Notes: a model not told the origin generated them from the letters alone. DNA of 54,940 bases from Clostridia bacterium (GCA_017481235.1 JAFUPL010000050.1:1-54940), one strand, 5' to 3'; counted from the stretch's first letter, positions 1-10,337 are shown. Program-made: numbers and translations.

Positions 1-207
1 GATGTTTTCAAGGATTTCGGCTTGAATGTCAGCGTTAATTTGACGTCCATCTTCGTAGTATTGTGTACAAGCTTCAGTGCTGATGGTAAAGCCTTGAGGA
101 ACTGGTAGACCAATCTTAGTCATTTCAGCAAGGTTAGCACCCTTACCGCCAAGAAGTTCTCTCATACTTGCATTACCTTCACTAAATAAGTAAACAAATT
201 TCTTCAT
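1..207 (-). CDS. ppdK: Pyruvate phosphate dikinase, N-terminal part (runs off window)
   Basis: Manual translation [47 protein letters not shown] carries the PPDK N-terminal signature; AGGAG RBS upstream. Not in ORF track. Confidence 0.95.
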   Translation of the reverse strand, partial: MKKFVYLFSEGNASMRELLGGKGANLAEMTKIGLPVPQGFTISTEACTQYYEDGRQINADIQAEILENI

Positions 208-296
208 AAATTCTCCTTTTAGACCCTTCTATAATACACTATCCTACAAAAAAAGGCAAACGATTTTAACCACTTGCCTTAATTTTTGTTAAATTA

Positions 297-713
297 TTAA
301 AATTCCACCACTTTTATGTCTTTCAACTTTTGTGTACCATAATATACTTCAACTGTATCTCCCACATTAAGTCCTTGACCTATATCTATTTGAAATGACC
401 ATTTAAAATATTGATTTGCATCATACTCTTGAGCGTCTCCGTCATGTGTAATTGTTACATTATCTAACTTTAACACAATATTAGCAAAATCAAAACTTTT
501 TGTTTCATTATTAGTATTAGTTACCCCTACTTCCAAATTATAGTAGTCGTCAGTAAGATGAAACACTCTTATACTTTCTATATCAAATCCTTCAATAGTG
601 GCAATAACTCCATTACTAGCATCATTATCTTTTTTGCCACAAGCGGACATTGTAAATATTGTAACTAGTAATAACACTGCAACTGAGCAAATCTTTAGAA
701 CTTTATTTTTCAT
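297..713 (-). CDS. Lipoprotein with a probable Ig-like beta-sandwich domain
   Basis: Start re-called at ATG 713 (AGGAG at 721-725); MKNKVLKICSVAVLLLVTIFTMSA-C lipobox followed by a beta-rich body. Confidence 0.75.
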   Translation of the reverse strand: MKNKVLKICSVAVLLLVTIFTMSACGKKDNDASNGVIATIEGFDIESIRVFHLTDDYYNLEVGVTNTNNETKSFDFANIVLKLDNVTITHDGDAQEYDANQYFKWSFQIDIGQGLNVGDTVEVYYGTQKLKDIKVVEF

Positions 714-780
714 GCACTTTCTCCTATATTTAATTATATCATACTCTTTTATATTTTTACAACTATTTAAAAATAAATTA

Positions 781-830
781 TTGACAACTTTTCTTTTACG
801 TGTTATTATATGAAAAATTTTAAGGAGAAA
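781..830 (+). promoter_or_regulatory. Sigma-A-like promoter plus RBS for the 835/1604 gene pair
   Basis: TTGACA-17nt-TATTAT, then TAAGGAG before ATG 835. Confidence 0.65.
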
Positions 831-834
831 CGTT

Positions 835-1593
835 ATGTTAATGGATATTGAATGTGGTCGTGGACCTGAAGAAACCAAAAAAGAAAAACAACCTAAACAA
901 AAAAAGACTAATGAACAAAAACGCATAATCGCTGCTCATATTGCCATGTATTGTATGTGTGCATCACTTATGTCTACCTTGCCAGGATTTATTGTTAAAA
1001 ATAATTACGATAAGGATATTAGAGAATTAGATAATAAACAAAATGCAATTTATGAAGAGTTTATGGCTTGTGAAGAGTTTAGCGATAGTTTTAAATCTGA
1101 ATTTACAAAAGCATCAAATGATTATGCTAATGGACTAATTACTTACGAAGAATTTGACGAAAAAGTTAAACACCTAAATTCAGTTAAATATGCTCAAGAA
1201 GTACTTGCAAGTTCAAATAATGAAGAATTAAAGATACAGGCTGAAGATATAAACACGCAAAAACAAGAACGCTCTGAAAAATATCAATCAAATCCTATCG
1301 TTAATGCAGGACTTATAGGTTTAGTTGGAATTGGTACAGCATCTATTGGAGCAATGGTAGCATCTTCTGTTTATGGTATTAAAGATATGATTGAAGAAAA
1401 ACGCAAAAACGAAAATCAAATTTGTAAAGATATTTTAAACGGTTCAACCAATGGTGACAACAACTGTAATCTTGCTTCAATGGCAGAACATGCAAAACAC
1501 CAAAAAATAATACAACTAAAAATAGAAAATGACGACTCGCTTGATTCTTTACGTATAGTTACAGAAGAGCAAGAAGACCAAAACACTTTATAA
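835..1593 (+). CDS. Hypothetical two-TM membrane protein (paralog A)
   Basis: Two hydrophobic segments flank a helical loop; aligns by eye with 1604..2257. Confidence 0.8.
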   Translation: MLMDIECGRGPEETKKEKQPKQKKTNEQKRIIAAHIAMYCMCASLMSTLPGFIVKNNYDKDIRELDNKQNAIYEEFMACEEFSDSFKSEFTKASNDYANGLITYEEFDEKVKHLNSVKYAQEVLASSNNEELKIQAEDINTQKQERSEKYQSNPIVNAGLIGLVGIGTASIGAMVASSVYGIKDMIEEKRKNENQICKDILNGSTNGDNNCNLASMAEHAKHQKIIQLKIENDDSLDSLRIVTEEQEDQNTL

Positions 1594-1603
1594 AGGAGTA
1601 ATT

Positions 1604-2257
1604 ATGTTAAGTTTAATGGAATTAATGGATTATGATCCAAATGAATTTGAAGAAATAAAAGAGAAAAAACGTAAAAATAAATTATGTAAAAAACGTTTGA
1701 TTGCTAAACGTATATTACTTGGCAGTACTTTAGCATTTACTATTGGTTTTACAACTGGAATGATATCCTCTACTATCAATCAAAATAAAATTGACAATTT
1801 AGAAAAAGAACAAGATAAAATATATGAACAATATATGCAAAGTGATGAATTTCAAACATACTCTAGAACTGAATTAAATAATTTGGCAGATAAATATTAT
1901 TTTGGAGAAATTGACTATGATACTTTTAAAAGCGAATTAGATAAAATATATTCAACTGAAACCGCTGATAAATTGCTTGAAAGTTCAAACCACGAATTGA
2001 AAGATGATATCAAACAAATTGAACACAAAATAACTGAAACTAATCAAAAATATAACAAAAGTGCTGTTAATATTGGAAGTATTGGTCTTTGGGGTGCTGG
2101 TATGCTTACTGCCCTATCAAGTGCAATAGTATATACATATTATGACCTTGAAACCGTTGGCAAAAGTAAAATAGCATATCAAGAATACGAAACAGGCCCT
2201 GTATTAATAAACAAAAAATCTAACAAAAAAGAAGATGAGGAAACTTTAACAAAATAA
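1604..2257 (+). CDS. Hypothetical two-TM membrane protein (paralog B)
   Basis: Same architecture; IYEQYMQSDEF/GEIDYDTF/LLESSN matches IYEEFMACEEF/GLITYEEF/VLASSN of paralog A; AAGGAG RBS. Confidence 0.8.
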   Translation: MLSLMELMDYDPNEFEEIKEKKRKNKLCKKRLIAKRILLGSTLAFTIGFTTGMISSTINQNKIDNLEKEQDKIYEQYMQSDEFQTYSRTELNNLADKYYFGEIDYDTFKSELDKIYSTETADKLLESSNHELKDDIKQIEHKITETNQKYNKSAVNIGSIGLWGAGMLTALSSAIVYTYYDLETVGKSKIAYQEYETGPVLINKKSNKKEDEETLTK

Positions 2258-2293
2258 AAAAGAGCATTGATTAATTTCAATGTTCTTTTTTTT
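2255..2293 (+). terminator. Intrinsic terminator
   Basis: AAAAAGAGCATTG...CAATGTTCTTTTTTTT hairpin followed by a T-tract. Confidence 0.7.
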
Positions 2294-2310
2294 CTAATTC
2301 TTGTAATGTG

Positions 2311-2415
2311 AAGGCTCCTTTAGTAGGGAGCTGTCAAACACAGTTTGACTGAAGGTATGAAATATTTCATATCATCCGTCAGTCTACGACTGCCACCTTC
2401 TTACTTAAGAAGGCT
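2311..2415. repeat. REP-like multi-hairpin element
   Basis: Five consecutive hairpins (GCTCCTT/AGGGAGC, GTCAAAC/GTTTGAC, TATGAAAT/ATTTCATA, CAGTC/GACTG, CCTTCTTA/TAAGAAGG); resembles clostridial GGGAGCTGTCA-type extragenic palindromes. Confidence 0.6.
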
Positions 2416-2430
2416 CTTTTCATATTTTCA

Positions 2431-3192
2431 TTATAATGAATAGCCTTTGTCTACAATCAATTCTTGACCGGTGATTGCACTTGATTCATCACTTGCTAGG
2501 AAAAGGGCTACGTTAGCAATATCTTCAGGTTTACAAATTCCTACTTCAAGGTTGCCATAGTTATCCATAGCGGTGTACATATCCTTGTCAAGATTGCCTG
2601 CGGTGTTGGTTGTCATAGGTGTAAGTACGCTACCTGGGCAAATTGCATTACATCTAATGCCAGTGCCAGCAAAACGCATTGCGCTATTGCGTGTAATACC
2701 TAGCATTGCTGCCTTGGTTGAACAATAAACTGAACCACCAAAGCCCTTAGCACCAGCGATTGATGAAACATTGACTATTGAACCACCGCCAGTTTTAAGC
2801 ATAACATTACTTGCATATTTCATACAAAGCATTGTACCAAAAGTATTAATGCGAGTTACCCATTCCCAATCGTTTACTTCAAACTTGTCGATAGGAAGAA
2901 GTCCCTTTTCAAGCACGCCAGCGTTATTAATCATAACGTCAACACGCTTGAACTTTTTGACTACCTTATCAAAACACTTTTTAACATCTTCTTCTTTTGA
3001 AATATCACAAGGTATCATCATATAATCGGCACCAAGTGCTTTTAACTTTTTAGCAATATTATCACGGCAACTTGCTCCAAGAGATGCTACCACAACCTTT
3101 GCACCTTCCTTTGCAAACAATTCAGCAATTGCCTCGCCAATACCTGAATTACCACCAGTAACAATGGCTACTTTATCTTTTAATCTATCCAT
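2431..3192 (-). CDS. Short-chain dehydrogenase/reductase (SDR)
   Basis: TGGNSGIG Rossmann motif, NNAG, catalytic YxxxK (YCSTK). Confidence 0.92.
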   Translation of the reverse strand: MDRLKDKVAIVTGGNSGIGEAIAELFAKEGAKVVVASLGASCRDNIAKKLKALGADYMMIPCDISKEEDVKKCFDKVVKKFKRVDVMINNAGVLEKGLLPIDKFEVNDWEWVTRINTFGTMLCMKYASNVMLKTGGGSIVNVSSIAGAKGFGGSVYCSTKAAMLGITRNSAMRFAGTGIRCNAICPGSVLTPMTTNTAGNLDKDMYTAMDNYGNLEVGICKPEDIANVALFLASDESSAITGQELIVDKGYSL

Positions 3193-3219
3193 AATTTCTC
3201 CCCTTTATATTGATAATTG

Positions 3220-5724
3220 CTAAGCTATATAAATACTTACATTTTTTACTTTTTGAAGTGACTTTTGCTTTATAATAGGTTTACCAGTTCCAGTGCGCGC
3301 AGTTACTGGAACATCATTTACATCGGTTACATTTAGGTTGCCCTTATTATCAGTTACCACCACTTCGCCTGTAACTACTGGTGATACTGCAAATACAACT
3401 TGCTCTGCCCCGCTAGTTAGTTTTAAACCTTTGCGATTGCGGGCACTAATAGGGAACTCGGTTAAACTTACGCGTTTAGCACTAGAAGTATCAGTTACTA
3501 CAAGCACCTTATCACCAAGGTTAACTTGAGAGGCAAATATAACTTTGTCACCTTCATTTAGACTCATGCCTATTACACCACTGCCTTGACGTTTTTGCTT
3601 AGGTACACTAGCATATTCAAAGTTAAGTGCCATACCAAGTTTAGTTACCATCAACACGCCTGCCATATTGTAATTTGGTTGAACGGCAACAAGTCGGTCA
3701 AAGTCGTGAAGACCAAGCGCATCTACTACTGGCTTATTAATCACAAATTCACTCATATCGCTACGCTTAATGTATCCATCTTGTGTAAACATTAATAATT
3801 CGCCGTTTTCCTTAAATTCGTCCATTTCAAAAATATTTACAACCTTTTCGTTAACTTCTGCCTTAGCAACTTGTGAAAGGTTTGTACCCTTACCATTAAA
3901 CTTGGTTACAGGAATATCTCCTACCGCAATTTTGTACATATTGCCAAGATTAGTAAACGCATAAATATATGAATTTGTGGTTGTTTTTAATATATCTCTA
4001 TGCAATACGTTTGCACTTTGATATTTATCAAATTTATTACTGCCTAGTTGAGCATTAATAACAATATTTTTAAGTCTTAAACCATCATCACTAACCGCCA
4101 CCAAACATTCAGTATTAACCAGTTTTTCAATAGGTGTAAGAATAAAGGTTTCATGCTCCTCCACCACTTCGGTTTTACGTGGAGTTGGGTAGCGCTTTTT
4201 GATATCCAAAATTTCACGTTTAACAACAGTAAGTTGTCTTGCCCTGCTTGACAATATCTTTAAATATTCTTCAATTTTTGCCTTTAAGTCTGCCATTTCT
4301 TGCTCAATTTTGGTAGTTTCAAGATTGGTTAAACGTGCCAACTTCATATCAAGGATTGCTACCGCTTGCACTTCGGTTAAACTAAAGCGTTCCATAAGTC
4401 TAGTTTTTGCTTGTGCGGTGGATTCGCTACTCTTAATTATTGCAATAACTTCGTCAATATTTTTAATAGCAACAAGCAACCCTTCCAAGATATGTACACG
4501 AGCTACCGCTCTATCATAATCATATTGAGTACGTTTACGTATTATATCTACTTGGAAATTTACATAGCAATTCAAGTATTCTAATAGTCCTAATTGCTTA
4601 GGAGCGCCATTAACAATTGCCACTACATTTAAGTTAAAGTTTTGTTGCATTTCGGTATGCTTTAAAAGTAGCGCTATAATGCTATCTGGGTCACCGTCCT
4701 TTTTAACAGTAACAACGGCGCGCATACCAGTTTTGTCACTTTCGTCAGTGATTTCAACAATATTGTTAAGTGCACCTTTAACTTTGTCCTTAACTTCCAT
4801 GATATGTTGTAAGAATAAAGATTTATTTACTTGATAAGGAAGTTCAGTTATAACAATATTGGTTTTGCCATTAGATAATTCTTCTTTATGGAATTTTGCA
4901 CGTAATGTTACTTTGCCACGACCAGTTTCGTACGCTTCAAACATATCCTTGCCAGTAGACATTATTCCGCCAGATGGAAAATCTGGACCTTTAACATATT
5001 TTAATGCCTCTTCAAGCGTAAGTTTTGGATTTTCAATATAGGCAACCGTAGCATCAATCATTTCGCCAAGATTGTGTGGTGGAATATTTGTGGCAAGACC
5101 TACGGCGATACCACTAGCACCATTTACAAAAAGGTTTGGGAAACGACCTGGAAAATAGTCGGGTTCTTTTAATGTGTCATCAAAGTTTAAACTATATGTA
5201 ACAGTATCCTTATCAATATCTTGCATAAGTTCTAGTGACAACTGACTAAGTCGTGCTTCAGTATAACGATATGCGGCAGGACGGTCACCGTCAATTGACC
5301 CAAAGTTACCATGGCCTTGAATAAGTGGTACATTGATAGTAAAATCTTGCGCCATACGAGTAAGTGCATCATACACCGAACTATCACCATGTGGGTGATA
5401 ACGACCTAGCACGTCACCGACGATTTTAGCACATTTTCTAAATGGTTTATCTGGTGTAAGACCTAACTCTTGCATAGTGTATAATATACGACGTTGAACA
5501 GGTTTTAGTCCATCTTCCACACGAGGAAGAGCACGGTCCATAATAACAAATTCCGAGTATGGAAGCATGCTTGAATGCATTACTTCTTCAACCGTTTTTT
5601 CATATATTTCACCATGCGGTGCTTCAATAATCTTTTTTGCTTTTGCGTCTAAGGAGCGCTTTTTAGTTTTTTTAGGGGTGTTGTCTTTTTCAAACATATT
5701 AATTTGGTCATCAAACTTATCCAT
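3220..5724 (-). CDS. parC: Type IIA topoisomerase subunit A, most likely topoisomerase IV ParC
   Basis: [28 protein letters not shown] and a C-terminal pinwheel; no canonical GyrA-box at the start of the CTD and no dnaA/recF context, favouring ParC over GyrA. Confidence 0.8.
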   Translation of the reverse strand: MDKFDDQINMFEKDNTPKKTKKRSLDAKAKKIIEAPHGEIYEKTVEEVMHSSMLPYSEFVIMDRALPRVEDGLKPVQRRILYTMQELGLTPDKPFRKCAKIVGDVLGRYHPHGDSSVYDALTRMAQDFTINVPLIQGHGNFGSIDGDRPAAYRYTEARLSQLSLELMQDIDKDTVTYSLNFDDTLKEPDYFPGRFPNLFVNGASGIAVGLATNIPPHNLGEMIDATVAYIENPKLTLEEALKYVKGPDFPSGGIMSTGKDMFEAYETGRGKVTLRAKFHKEELSNGKTNIVITELPYQVNKSLFLQHIMEVKDKVKGALNNIVEITDESDKTGMRAVVTVKKDGDPDSIIALLLKHTEMQQNFNLNVVAIVNGAPKQLGLLEYLNCYVNFQVDIIRKRTQYDYDRAVARVHILEGLLVAIKNIDEVIAIIKSSESTAQAKTRLMERFSLTEVQAVAILDMKLARLTNLETTKIEQEMADLKAKIEEYLKILSSRARQLTVVKREILDIKKRYPTPRKTEVVEEHETFILTPIEKLVNTECLVAVSDDGLRLKNIVINAQLGSNKFDKYQSANVLHRDILKTTTNSYIYAFTNLGNMYKIAVGDIPVTKFNGKGTNLSQVAKAEVNEKVVNIFEMDEFKENGELLMFTQDGYIKRSDMSEFVINKPVVDALGLHDFDRLVAVQPNYNMAGVLMVTKLGMALNFEYASVPKQKRQGSGVIGMSLNEGDKVIFASQVNLGDKVLVVTDTSSAKRVSLTEFPISARNRKGLKLTSGAEQVVFAVSPVVTGEVVVTDNKGNLNVTDVNDVPVTARTGTGKPIIKQKSLQKVKNVSIYIA

Positions 5725-5727
5725 ATA

Positions 5728-7686
5728 CTAATTGCCCTCCTTTATTTTGATTGGTTTAAAGTTATCTACCTTATTAAAATTAGCATTTGCTGTGATATAA
5801 TCTTTACGACTTTTTGCGTCATCACCCATCCAAGTGGTAATAATTTGGTCAGCACGCACCGCATCATCAACTGTTACGCGCACCAAACTTCGCTTTGCTG
5901 GGTCCATAGTGGTTTCCCAAAGTTGTTCAGGATTCATCTCTCCTAGACCTTTATAACGTTGTAGTGTGTATGCCTTATTGCCTACTTGTGAAGTGATTTC
6001 TTGAAGTTCTTCATCAGTATAGCAATAATAATCTTCCGCTTTGGTTGACACCTTGTATAGCGGTGGCATACCTATATAAATATTTCCATTAGTAATTAGT
6101 GGTCGCATATATCTAAAGAAGAATGTAAGCAAAATTGCCCTAATGTGTGCACCATCTTGGTCAGCATCGCTAAGAATAATAATTTTGTTATACTTTAAAT
6201 TATCTAGTTTAAAATCTTCGCCAATACCGGTGTTAATTGCACCAATAAGCGTACGAATTTCGTCGTTTGCAAGCACTTGGTCAATACGCTTCTTTTCACT
6301 GTTTAACGGTTTACCCTTTAAAGGTAGAATTGCTTGATAATATCTATCCCTACCTTGCTTAGCACTACCGCCCGCCGAGTCACCTTCGACTATAAATATC
6401 TCATTGATATCAGGGTTACGACTTGAGCAATTTGCAAGTTTACCAACAAGCATACTACCTTCAATGCTATTTTTAGCCCTAGTCAAATCCTTTGCGCGTT
6501 TTGCCGCAGCACGAACCTTTGCTGCACCTTTTGCCTTTTCAATAATAATTTGACCAATATATTCGTTCTTTTTACTATTAAAGAAGTCTGTTAGTCCACT
6601 TACGCATATATTTTCAACTCGGGAACGTGCTTCAGGGTTACCAAGTTTGGTTTTGGTTTGACCTTCAAATTGCACATTTTTCATCTTAATACTAATAACC
6701 GCCGTAATACCTTCGCGGAAGTCATCACCAATAAAGGCAACGTCTTTTTCCTTTACAAGATTATTCTTTTTTGCAAAGTCGTTTAGTACTTTAGTAAGTG
6801 CCGTTTTAAAACCTACTTCATGCGTTCCGCCTTCTGGTGTTGGAATATTGTTTACATAACTAAATATATTTTCCGCATAAGTATCGGTGTATTGCAATGC
6901 AACGCTAACAAGCGTTTCGTCCACTTCGCCCTCGATATACACTGGTGGAACAAACAAAGGTTTTTTATCCGCGGTGATATTGGCAACAAAATCCGCAATA
7001 CCGCCCTCGTAACAAAATTGTTGACGCTTATTAGTACGTTCATCAATAAGTTCGATATTCATACCCTTATTTAGGTATGCATTTTCACGCAAACGTTCCG
7101 CCACCGTATCGTATGAAAAATGATTATCCTTAAACACTCTATCATCTGGCAAAAATTTTACATATGTACCAGTTTGATTAGTTGTACCTATCTCTTTTAG
7201 TGGTTCAGTAACAATGCCCGAAACTATTTTACCTTTCTTTTCAACCGATTCAAACTTGATAAAATACTTTTTTCCGTCCTTGCATACCGTTACTTCCAAA
7301 TATCTACTTAACGCGTTAACAACCGACGCACCAACGCCGTGCAATCCGCCCGAATATTTATAATTATGGTCGCTAAACTTACCGCCCGCGTGTAGTTGAG
7401 TGTATACCACTTCCACACCCGTCTTTTTTAGTTTTGGGTGCATACTAACTGGCACACCTCTACCATTATCGCTAACACTTGCCGAACCATCTTTATGTAA
7501 TGTAACAACTATCTTATTACCATGACCATTAGCCACCTCGTCAATACTGTTGTCTACAATTTCCCAAAGCAAGTGATGCATACCTTTATTGCCAGTAGTA
7601 CCAATGTACATACCTGGACGCATACGAACCGCGTCAAGACCTTCCAATACTACCAAATCTTTACTATCATAACTTGAATTTGCCAC
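5728..7686 (-). CDS. parE: Type IIA topoisomerase subunit B, most likely ParE
   Basis: LEGLDAVRMRPGMYIG, GGLHGVG, EGDSAGG, PLKGK, YKGLGEM; start re-called at GTG 7686 with AAGGAG RBS. Confidence 0.8.
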   Translation of the reverse strand: MANSSYDSKDLVVLEGLDAVRMRPGMYIGTTGNKGMHHLLWEIVDNSIDEVANGHGNKIVVTLHKDGSASVSDNGRGVPVSMHPKLKKTGVEVVYTQLHAGGKFSDHNYKYSGGLHGVGASVVNALSRYLEVTVCKDGKKYFIKFESVEKKGKIVSGIVTEPLKEIGTTNQTGTYVKFLPDDRVFKDNHFSYDTVAERLRENAYLNKGMNIELIDERTNKRQQFCYEGGIADFVANITADKKPLFVPPVYIEGEVDETLVSVALQYTDTYAENIFSYVNNIPTPEGGTHEVGFKTALTKVLNDFAKKNNLVKEKDVAFIGDDFREGITAVISIKMKNVQFEGQTKTKLGNPEARSRVENICVSGLTDFFNSKKNEYIGQIIIEKAKGAAKVRAAAKRAKDLTRAKNSIEGSMLVGKLANCSSRNPDINEIFIVEGDSAGGSAKQGRDRYYQAILPLKGKPLNSEKKRIDQVLANDEIRTLIGAINTGIGEDFKLDNLKYNKIIILSDADQDGAHIRAILLTFFFRYMRPLITNGNIYIGMPPLYKVSTKAEDYYCYTDEELQEITSQVGNKAYTLQRYKGLGEMNPEQLWETTMDPAKRSLVRVTVDDAVRADQIITTWMGDDAKSRKDYITANANFNKVDNFKPIKIKEGN

Positions 7687-8116
7687 GTTTAACTCCTTTA
7701 TAGTATAAATCATTTTGAATGTAAGGATAAGGCAATAACTCTTCCGCCTTTACCTTAATTACTTTGCCATTTTTAATATCTTCAACTATCACGAAAATAT
7801 CAAGTCCCATTTTATCAAACATATATCTACATACGCCACAAGGTGAAACCACACGTGTAGTGCCGTCAGCGTTCATCTTAACAGCCACAATGGTGTCAAA
7901 CTCACGCTCACCCGAGGCAAGTGCTTGACCATATGCTACTTGTTCAGCACAAATCGAATGTGATGTTTTGATATTAACACCTTTATATATCTTGCCCGAT
8001 TTTGCTTTAATTACACATCCAACATGCATAGAAATATTTGAATAAATATCGCTATTACTTTTAACTAGTTCAGTTGCAAGTTGTATTAATTCTAAGTCTA
8101 ATTTGTTTAATTTCAC
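7667..8116 (-). CDS. Cytidine deaminase family protein
   Basis: CAEQVA and PCGVCR zinc-binding motifs. Confidence 0.85.
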   Translation of the reverse strand: MKLNKLDLELIQLATELVKSNSDIYSNISMHVGCVIKAKSGKIYKGVNIKTSHSICAEQVAYGQALASGEREFDTIVAVKMNADGTTRVVSPCGVCRYMFDKMGLDIFVIVEDIKNGKVIKVKAEELLPYPYIQNDLYYKGVKRGKFKL

Positions 8117-8190
8117 TTAAGTCCCCCTTTTACTTAAGGTTAATTATATCAAAATAAAACAAATTAGGCAAATAATTTTAATTATGTTTA

Positions 8191-8222
8191 ACGTAAAATT
8201 TGCAATTTTCATATTAAATTAT
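8191..8222 (+). promoter_or_regulatory. Putative sigma-K promoter
   Basis: ACG-16nt-CATATTA resembles the sigK consensus AC-N16-CATANNNT; lies upstream of an aprX-like operon. Confidence 0.4.
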
Positions 8223-8567
8223 ATGGATATAAGAGAATTTTATAGGTCAAATAAAAATAATCATGACCATCAAACAAATAATTTTACTAACAACTTTAAT
8301 CAAAATGCTAACGATAATACATATCGCAATAAATCTAGTTCAATCAATCAAAATCAAGATTTTAGCGAATATCAAGACACCATTAATAAATACAAAGACT
8401 TGTCGCAACAAGATTTATACAAGGAGTTATTCACTCAAGCAAGTGAGTTAAAAGCACAAGGAAAACTTGACCAAAATATGCTAAACACACTATCAAGCAC
8501 TCTCGGACCAATGCTTAATGATGAACAACGCGAACTTTTAAATAATCTTATTGATAGGATAAAATGA
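8223..8567 (+). CDS. Small hypothetical protein with Asn-rich N-terminus and helical C-terminus, probably sporulation-related
   Basis: ORF overlaps the start of the S8 protease (ATGA coupling); start re-called at ATG 8223. Confidence 0.6.
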   Translation: MDIREFYRSNKNNHDHQTNNFTNNFNQNANDNTYRNKSSSINQNQDFSEYQDTINKYKDLSQQDLYKELFTQASELKAQGKLDQNMLNTLSSTLGPMLNDEQRELLNNLIDRIK

Positions 8568-9682
8568 TAGATAAAATTCACCCGGAGTTGCTTAGTGAAG
8601 TTACTACTTTAAACACCAAAAGTGTAAATTGTTTTTTGTATGCTAAAAATTTTGACCAATTACAATCAACATTAGACAACAATCATTTAGAATATATTTC
8701 ATATCCTTTTATGAAATGCTTTTTTGTTCATCTTAATAAAGACGATATTTTAAAATTTTCCAAATATGATAGTGTCGATTTTATCACCAAAAGCACTCGC
8801 GTATTTACTCTTATTGACCGCGCAAAGCAATTTATTGGCGTTGACAAATTTAAGTTTAATACTTTTCTACCACCTACTATCGCTTTTATTGACACTGGAA
8901 TTGCTCCACATCTTGATTTAATACTTCCTCGTCCTCGCATTGTGCATTTTAAGGACTTGATTAATAATCGCACATACCCTTACGACGACAATGGTCATGG
9001 CACATTTATAAGTGGAGTTGCTTGCGGTAGTGGAATATGTAGCAATTTTAAATATGCGGGAATATTGCCTAATGCAAACATTGTAATGATTAAAGCATTA
9101 GATAGCAATGGTGAAACCAGTTCGCAAACTATACTTGACGCCATGCAATACATATATGACATACGCAAAATTTACAATATCAAGGTTGTATGTATGAGTT
9201 TTGGTGCGGATTATAGTGGCACTAATGACCCCTTGCAAAAAGGCGCATTAGCGCTATGGAATAGTGGTTTAATTGTAGTTGCCGCCGCGGGAAACAGTGG
9301 TCCAGACAAACAATCTATCAAATCCCCAGGAACAAGTTCCCGAATTATAACCGTTGGTGGTCTTGATGACGGACGAATTGACAATAATATTAAAATTGCC
9401 GACTTTAGTTCACGTGGACCAGCAGATAGCAAATTTAAACCCGACTTAATCGCTCCTAGTGTGGATATAACTTCCACATCCAACAACTTTAAAAGCGGTT
9501 TTTATACTACTATGAGTGGCACAAGCGTTGCCACCCCTATTGTTGCGGGCATATGTGCAATGCTGGTTAGTCAAAACCCAAAATCTAGTCCCGACAAAAT
9601 AAAGCATACCCTACTTAACCTTTGTACTCCCCTAACTCACAACAAAAACGACGAGGGTTTTGGATATATTAAATTTAATTAA
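8564..9682 (+). CDS. S8 subtilase, AprX-like intracellular serine protease
   Basis: IDTGI (Asp), DNGHGT (His), AAAGNSG, SGTSVATP (Ser); no signal peptide. Confidence 0.9.
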   Translation: MIDKIHPELLSEVTTLNTKSVNCFLYAKNFDQLQSTLDNNHLEYISYPFMKCFFVHLNKDDILKFSKYDSVDFITKSTRVFTLIDRAKQFIGVDKFKFNTFLPPTIAFIDTGIAPHLDLILPRPRIVHFKDLINNRTYPYDDNGHGTFISGVACGSGICSNFKYAGILPNANIVMIKALDSNGETSSQTILDAMQYIYDIRKIYNIKVVCMSFGADYSGTNDPLQKGALALWNSGLIVVAAAGNSGPDKQSIKSPGTSSRIITVGGLDDGRIDNNIKIADFSSRGPADSKFKPDLIAPSVDITSTSNNFKSGFYTTMSGTSVATPIVAGICAMLVSQNPKSSPDKIKHTLLNLCTPLTHNKNDEGFGYIKFN

Positions 9683-9731
9683 AATCTGTAAATTGATTGT
9701 AAATTAAAACTTTTTTTGATATTATTAACTT

Positions 9732-10337
9732 ATGATACAATTTAAAAAAGTTAGTTATACATATTTTAGCAAGTTTTATACTTTGTTTGATTTTAGTTAC
9801 AAGTTTGACGCGGGCAATTATGCCTTAATTGGTGATAATATTAGTGGACCACTTACATTAATACGACTACTTGCCAAACTTGACACATGGTATAAAGGTG
9901 AAATTTTAATTAATAATGTAAGTCTTAAAAAGACAAATTATAAAAAAGACTTTAGTGTAGCATATATTAGCACTACACCTAAGTTTTTTAACAACAAAAC
10001 CGTATTAGACAATGTGTGTTACCCACTAAAATCACGTAATATAAAAAAACAAGAACGAATCAACATCGCCCTTGTAACACTAGCAAATTGGGGTTGGAAA
10101 GATAAGGCAAATATCAAAGTAAAAGATTTATCTAAAACTGACCTTATAAATCTTGCATTAATACGCGCAAGTGTGCGAAAATTAGATTTACTACTTTGTG
10201 AAGATATCTTTGACATACTACCGCCTAATATTTTAGACAAAATTTCCGCTACTACCAAAATTGTTGTATCTAACAAAGAAAATGATTTTGATGATTACAC
10301 AACTCTCATGTTTGGACTTGGAAATTTAAAAGAGTAA
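9732..10337 (+). CDS. Degenerate ABC-ATPase-like protein
   Basis: ABC-fold hallmarks (FKKVSYTY, GEILIN, TVLDNV) but Walker A reads GDNISGPLT, the signature reads LSKTD and Walker B reads LLLCED. Confidence 0.65.
   Translation: MIQFKKVSYTYFSKFYTLFDFSYKFDAGNYALIGDNISGPLTLIRLLAKLDTWYKGEILINNVSLKKTNYKKDFSVAYISTTPKFFNNKTVLDNVCYPLKSRNIKKQERINIALVTLANWGWKDKANIKVKDLSKTDLINLALIRASVRKLDLLLCEDIFDILPPNILDKISATTKIVVSNKENDFDDYTTLMFGLGNLKE

Noticed and set aside
714-926. N-terminal extension of ORF 297..926 and other upstream starts (ctsR 15352, tgt 48615, parE 7713, 51271)
   Set aside because: Downstream starts have SD sequences and match expected protein N-termini; the extensions run through promoters or neighbouring genes.
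3220-7686. gyrB-gyrA call and oriC proximity
   Set aside because: No canonical GyrA-box at the start of the CTD and no dnaA/dnaN/recF context; parE-parC fits better.
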